DNA of 64,000 bases, taken from assembly GCA_010356995.1 (NCBI GenBank), contig ML996703.1:248001-312000 (forward strand), given 5' to 3'. Below the pieces are notes generated by a model. That model did no database searches, had not been told where the DNA came from, and saw only the letters and a list, made by a program, of their open reading frames with translations. Within the stretch, counting starts at the first letter, position 1, and each line of letters starts with the position of its first letter. A program made the translations under genes and the position numbers. Positions 61,592 through 64,000 of this stretch are shown here, in pieces. Source of the stretch: Trichodelitschia bisporula (taxonomy: Eukaryota).

Positions 61592-63196
61592 GTTGGAGAT
61601 GAGGTGGTTATGTGGTGTTCAAGTGGCACTTTGTGGCTTGCTGCCTTTTCGGATGCGGGGCAGGTGGCTCGAATCACGAACGCCATGCATGACGCCGCGG
61701 GGCCGGTGTTTCTTTCTGCCGCCTGCTGCCCCATGGCGGTGACGGTCTTCGACGCTTGGAGGTTCGCTGCTGCCGGTACGGTAGGTACGGGAATCCAAGC
61801 ATCTCACCTGATGATCAATCAAGACTTTGACTTCGAATTGAAAATTCGTGTGATTAGATACCAGCTCCTGGAGGACATGGCGCGCTCGAAAGTGGTACGA
61901 CTGTTAGTGCAATTTATCAAGCTCCAACACCTGCGCTTCTGATCGGGCTCGAGAAATGAGGAAGTTGAATAGCAACATGACACAAGAGTACAGTAGGTAG
62001 CACAGCAATGGCCCGACGGAGATTCTCAGGGACCAGCGTCCAAGTGTTCGTTTGAGGTGTTTGGAAGAGCTCATTGATGCATCAGAAAGCAATTTCTGAC
62101 TCGCAGTCGGAAGCTGGAGATCCAGTCAAAGATGTGCACACCCACGTGGGTCATGAAGTGACTTTTATAAAATCCTAGTCTGCTCTTTAGCGGGAGACGG
62201 CGGGCCGGTACGCCCTAAGGAAGGTGAGATGTGCCTCCTGGCGGAACATCAGGCACGAAGAAACAGGGGAAAACAAGAGGGTTGTTTTGATGCTGCGCTT
62301 ATGCGCCATGCAATAGGCTATGTTCTAGGAATGAGGCTGCGAAAACAGCGAAACAGAGCGAGGATGTTTCTGATGGGCTGGTGCAGAAATGGTGACGAGT
62401 TCGGAGGTCAGAAAACGCCAGGAAAAGGCAAAAATGACATGCATTCTTGTGATCTGACTTCTTACAGGCTCATCTCGCGACTCAGGTCATCATCCACCAG
62501 CTGACTGATGATGGCTATTACTAGTGCCAGAGATAGGAAGACCATATCCTACCGAAAGCTATCATCGTGAATGCTGGGTTGCTGAGGGAAGCTTAGGATA
62601 GCAAAGTACAAAAGACCGGCTGAAAATGCCATGCGGTTCCGGTCCGGGGCAAGATACGTATTCTAGACGTTGTGGACGCGCGGAGAGAGACGCATGAGAG
62701 ACGTGCATGTCTGCAGTCTCCTCCGATTGACCACAGCCCACTGGCGCCAAGTTGTGATGTCCTAGCGAAGTTGAGCGCCCCAGCGGTTCTCCGGAGCGCC
62801 TCATAGCTGCAAGTCGCCGCCTTCCCGACTCCGCTTGCAAGCCTTCAACCCCCCCAACCCCCCCCCCAGTCTTCCAAGTCACTCCTCCTCCACCATCCAC
62901 ACAACTCCACTACCTCCCCCACCATTCCCGCACCCGCATTCCCTACTACTCTTCACATCACCCCTCCCTCTTGCATCTGCATTTCACGAAGCGCAAACGC
63001 ACCATTCTCCGACATGCCCAATTGGTGAACGTGCCAGCGAACCCCCCGGCCCCATCAGGTTTTGTTGTCACAAGGGCTCGCCCAGCGCACTGCCGGCCCC
63101 CTTGTGCAGCGTCCATCCTTGCCTGCCGGCCTGGTTCGTCCTACCGACCGCAGCATCCCGAGCCCTTCAAAGTGACCTGCGGGTCCTGATTTCAAG

Positions 63197-64000
63197 CTGG
63201 CCGAGTGAGTAGCATCGTCATCACATCCCCTCTTACTTTGTGCACCAAAAATCCGCTCTTCGTTGCGAGCGCGTCGCGAACTGTCGCGCTGATGGTGTCC
63301 AGCTTCTTCCTGTGGGGCCACACCAGTGGCCTCGCCGCCCGCCTCTCACAACATTCCTCGCCGAAACGTTCCATATCGGCAACAACTGCGTCGCCGGGAC
63401 CGCCGACGCCCTTATCGCCGCCTGAGACAACTCGAACTCTCGCACACTCTTCATCAACACCCGCACTTGCCGCCATGGCAGCGGCTGTCGCTCCCGCGCC
63501 TGCTATACCGTCGCGGCTATTTCCCGCAGACTCTGAAGCGATGAACACTATACGAGATCCCCGAACTCCGAGTCCGTCGTCCTCGCTCTCGCGTTCAGAC
63601 TCGACTGCATCAGCCCCGCACCCCGACCTCAGCAGCGAGGTTGCAACCCTGAGCTCCAAGCTCGTCAACGCCATCAACCACCAGACAAACCTCGATGATG
63701 CTCTACAGGGCGCGCGCCACGACCTCGAGATGGCACGGCGGAGGATGGACAAACTGGAGGCGGCGGTCAAGCAGCACGAACAACTCGTGAGCAGCGGTTC
63801 TCTGCTCCGCAAGGAGGACATTGAGGCACGCGAGGCCCGGATGGTGGCCGAGCTTGAGGAGGAGCGCAAGCTGCGGGCCAAGGCGGAGGCTGAAAAGAAG
63901 AAAATGGAGCAAGAGCTGGGAGATCTCACAACTGCGCTGTTCGAGGAGGCTAACACCATGGTGGTCACGGCACGTATGAAGGCCGAAGCCTTGGAGAAGC
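63197..64000 (+). CDS. SEC2: Rab GEF Sec2, 5' part only (runs off the window); probable CTG start, intron 63205-63302, first ATG at 63475
   Basis: HPDLSSEVATLSSKLVNAINHQTNLDD and EKKKMEQELGDLTTALFEEANTMV (Sec2 coiled-coil GEF motif). Confidence 0.88.

Overview
Eukaryotic, GC-rich genomic DNA from a filamentous ascomycete (Pezizomycotina), judged from short spliceosomal introns with CTRAC branch sites and fungal gene families. About 20 protein genes are recognisable: an Esc1/DevR-like bHLH factor, NAD(P)HX dehydratase, PWI/RS splicing factor, CYP52-like P450, SH3BGR-like protein, Borealin-N protein, Rpn10, Ipa1/UBE3D, CLIP-170, Ace1/SltA, fructosamine kinase, a DUF3433-like membrane protein, Tae1, Cab2, cutinase, PDCD5 and a partial Sec2. 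Several 2-5 kb intervals between them hold decayed ORF-like sequence. The most notable signals are: (1) an H/ACA guide RNA in a GC-AG intron of IPA1 whose first pocket is complementary to U2 snRNA around Psi42 (snR81-like); (2) a secreted tandem-repeat protein whose only arginines sit in four Pro-Arg/acidic-spacer junctions, a candidate peptide precursor; (3) a probable CUG-initiated first exon of SEC2; (4) an ace1/sltA gene whose three introns are all in-frame and stop-free; (5) a dispersed ~120-bp repeat lying 3' of unrelated decayed ORFs; (6) an orphan UDP-galactopyranose mutase fragment beside a Pro/Lys tandem-repeat microprotein. All family calls are from motif recognition by eye; no searches were run.
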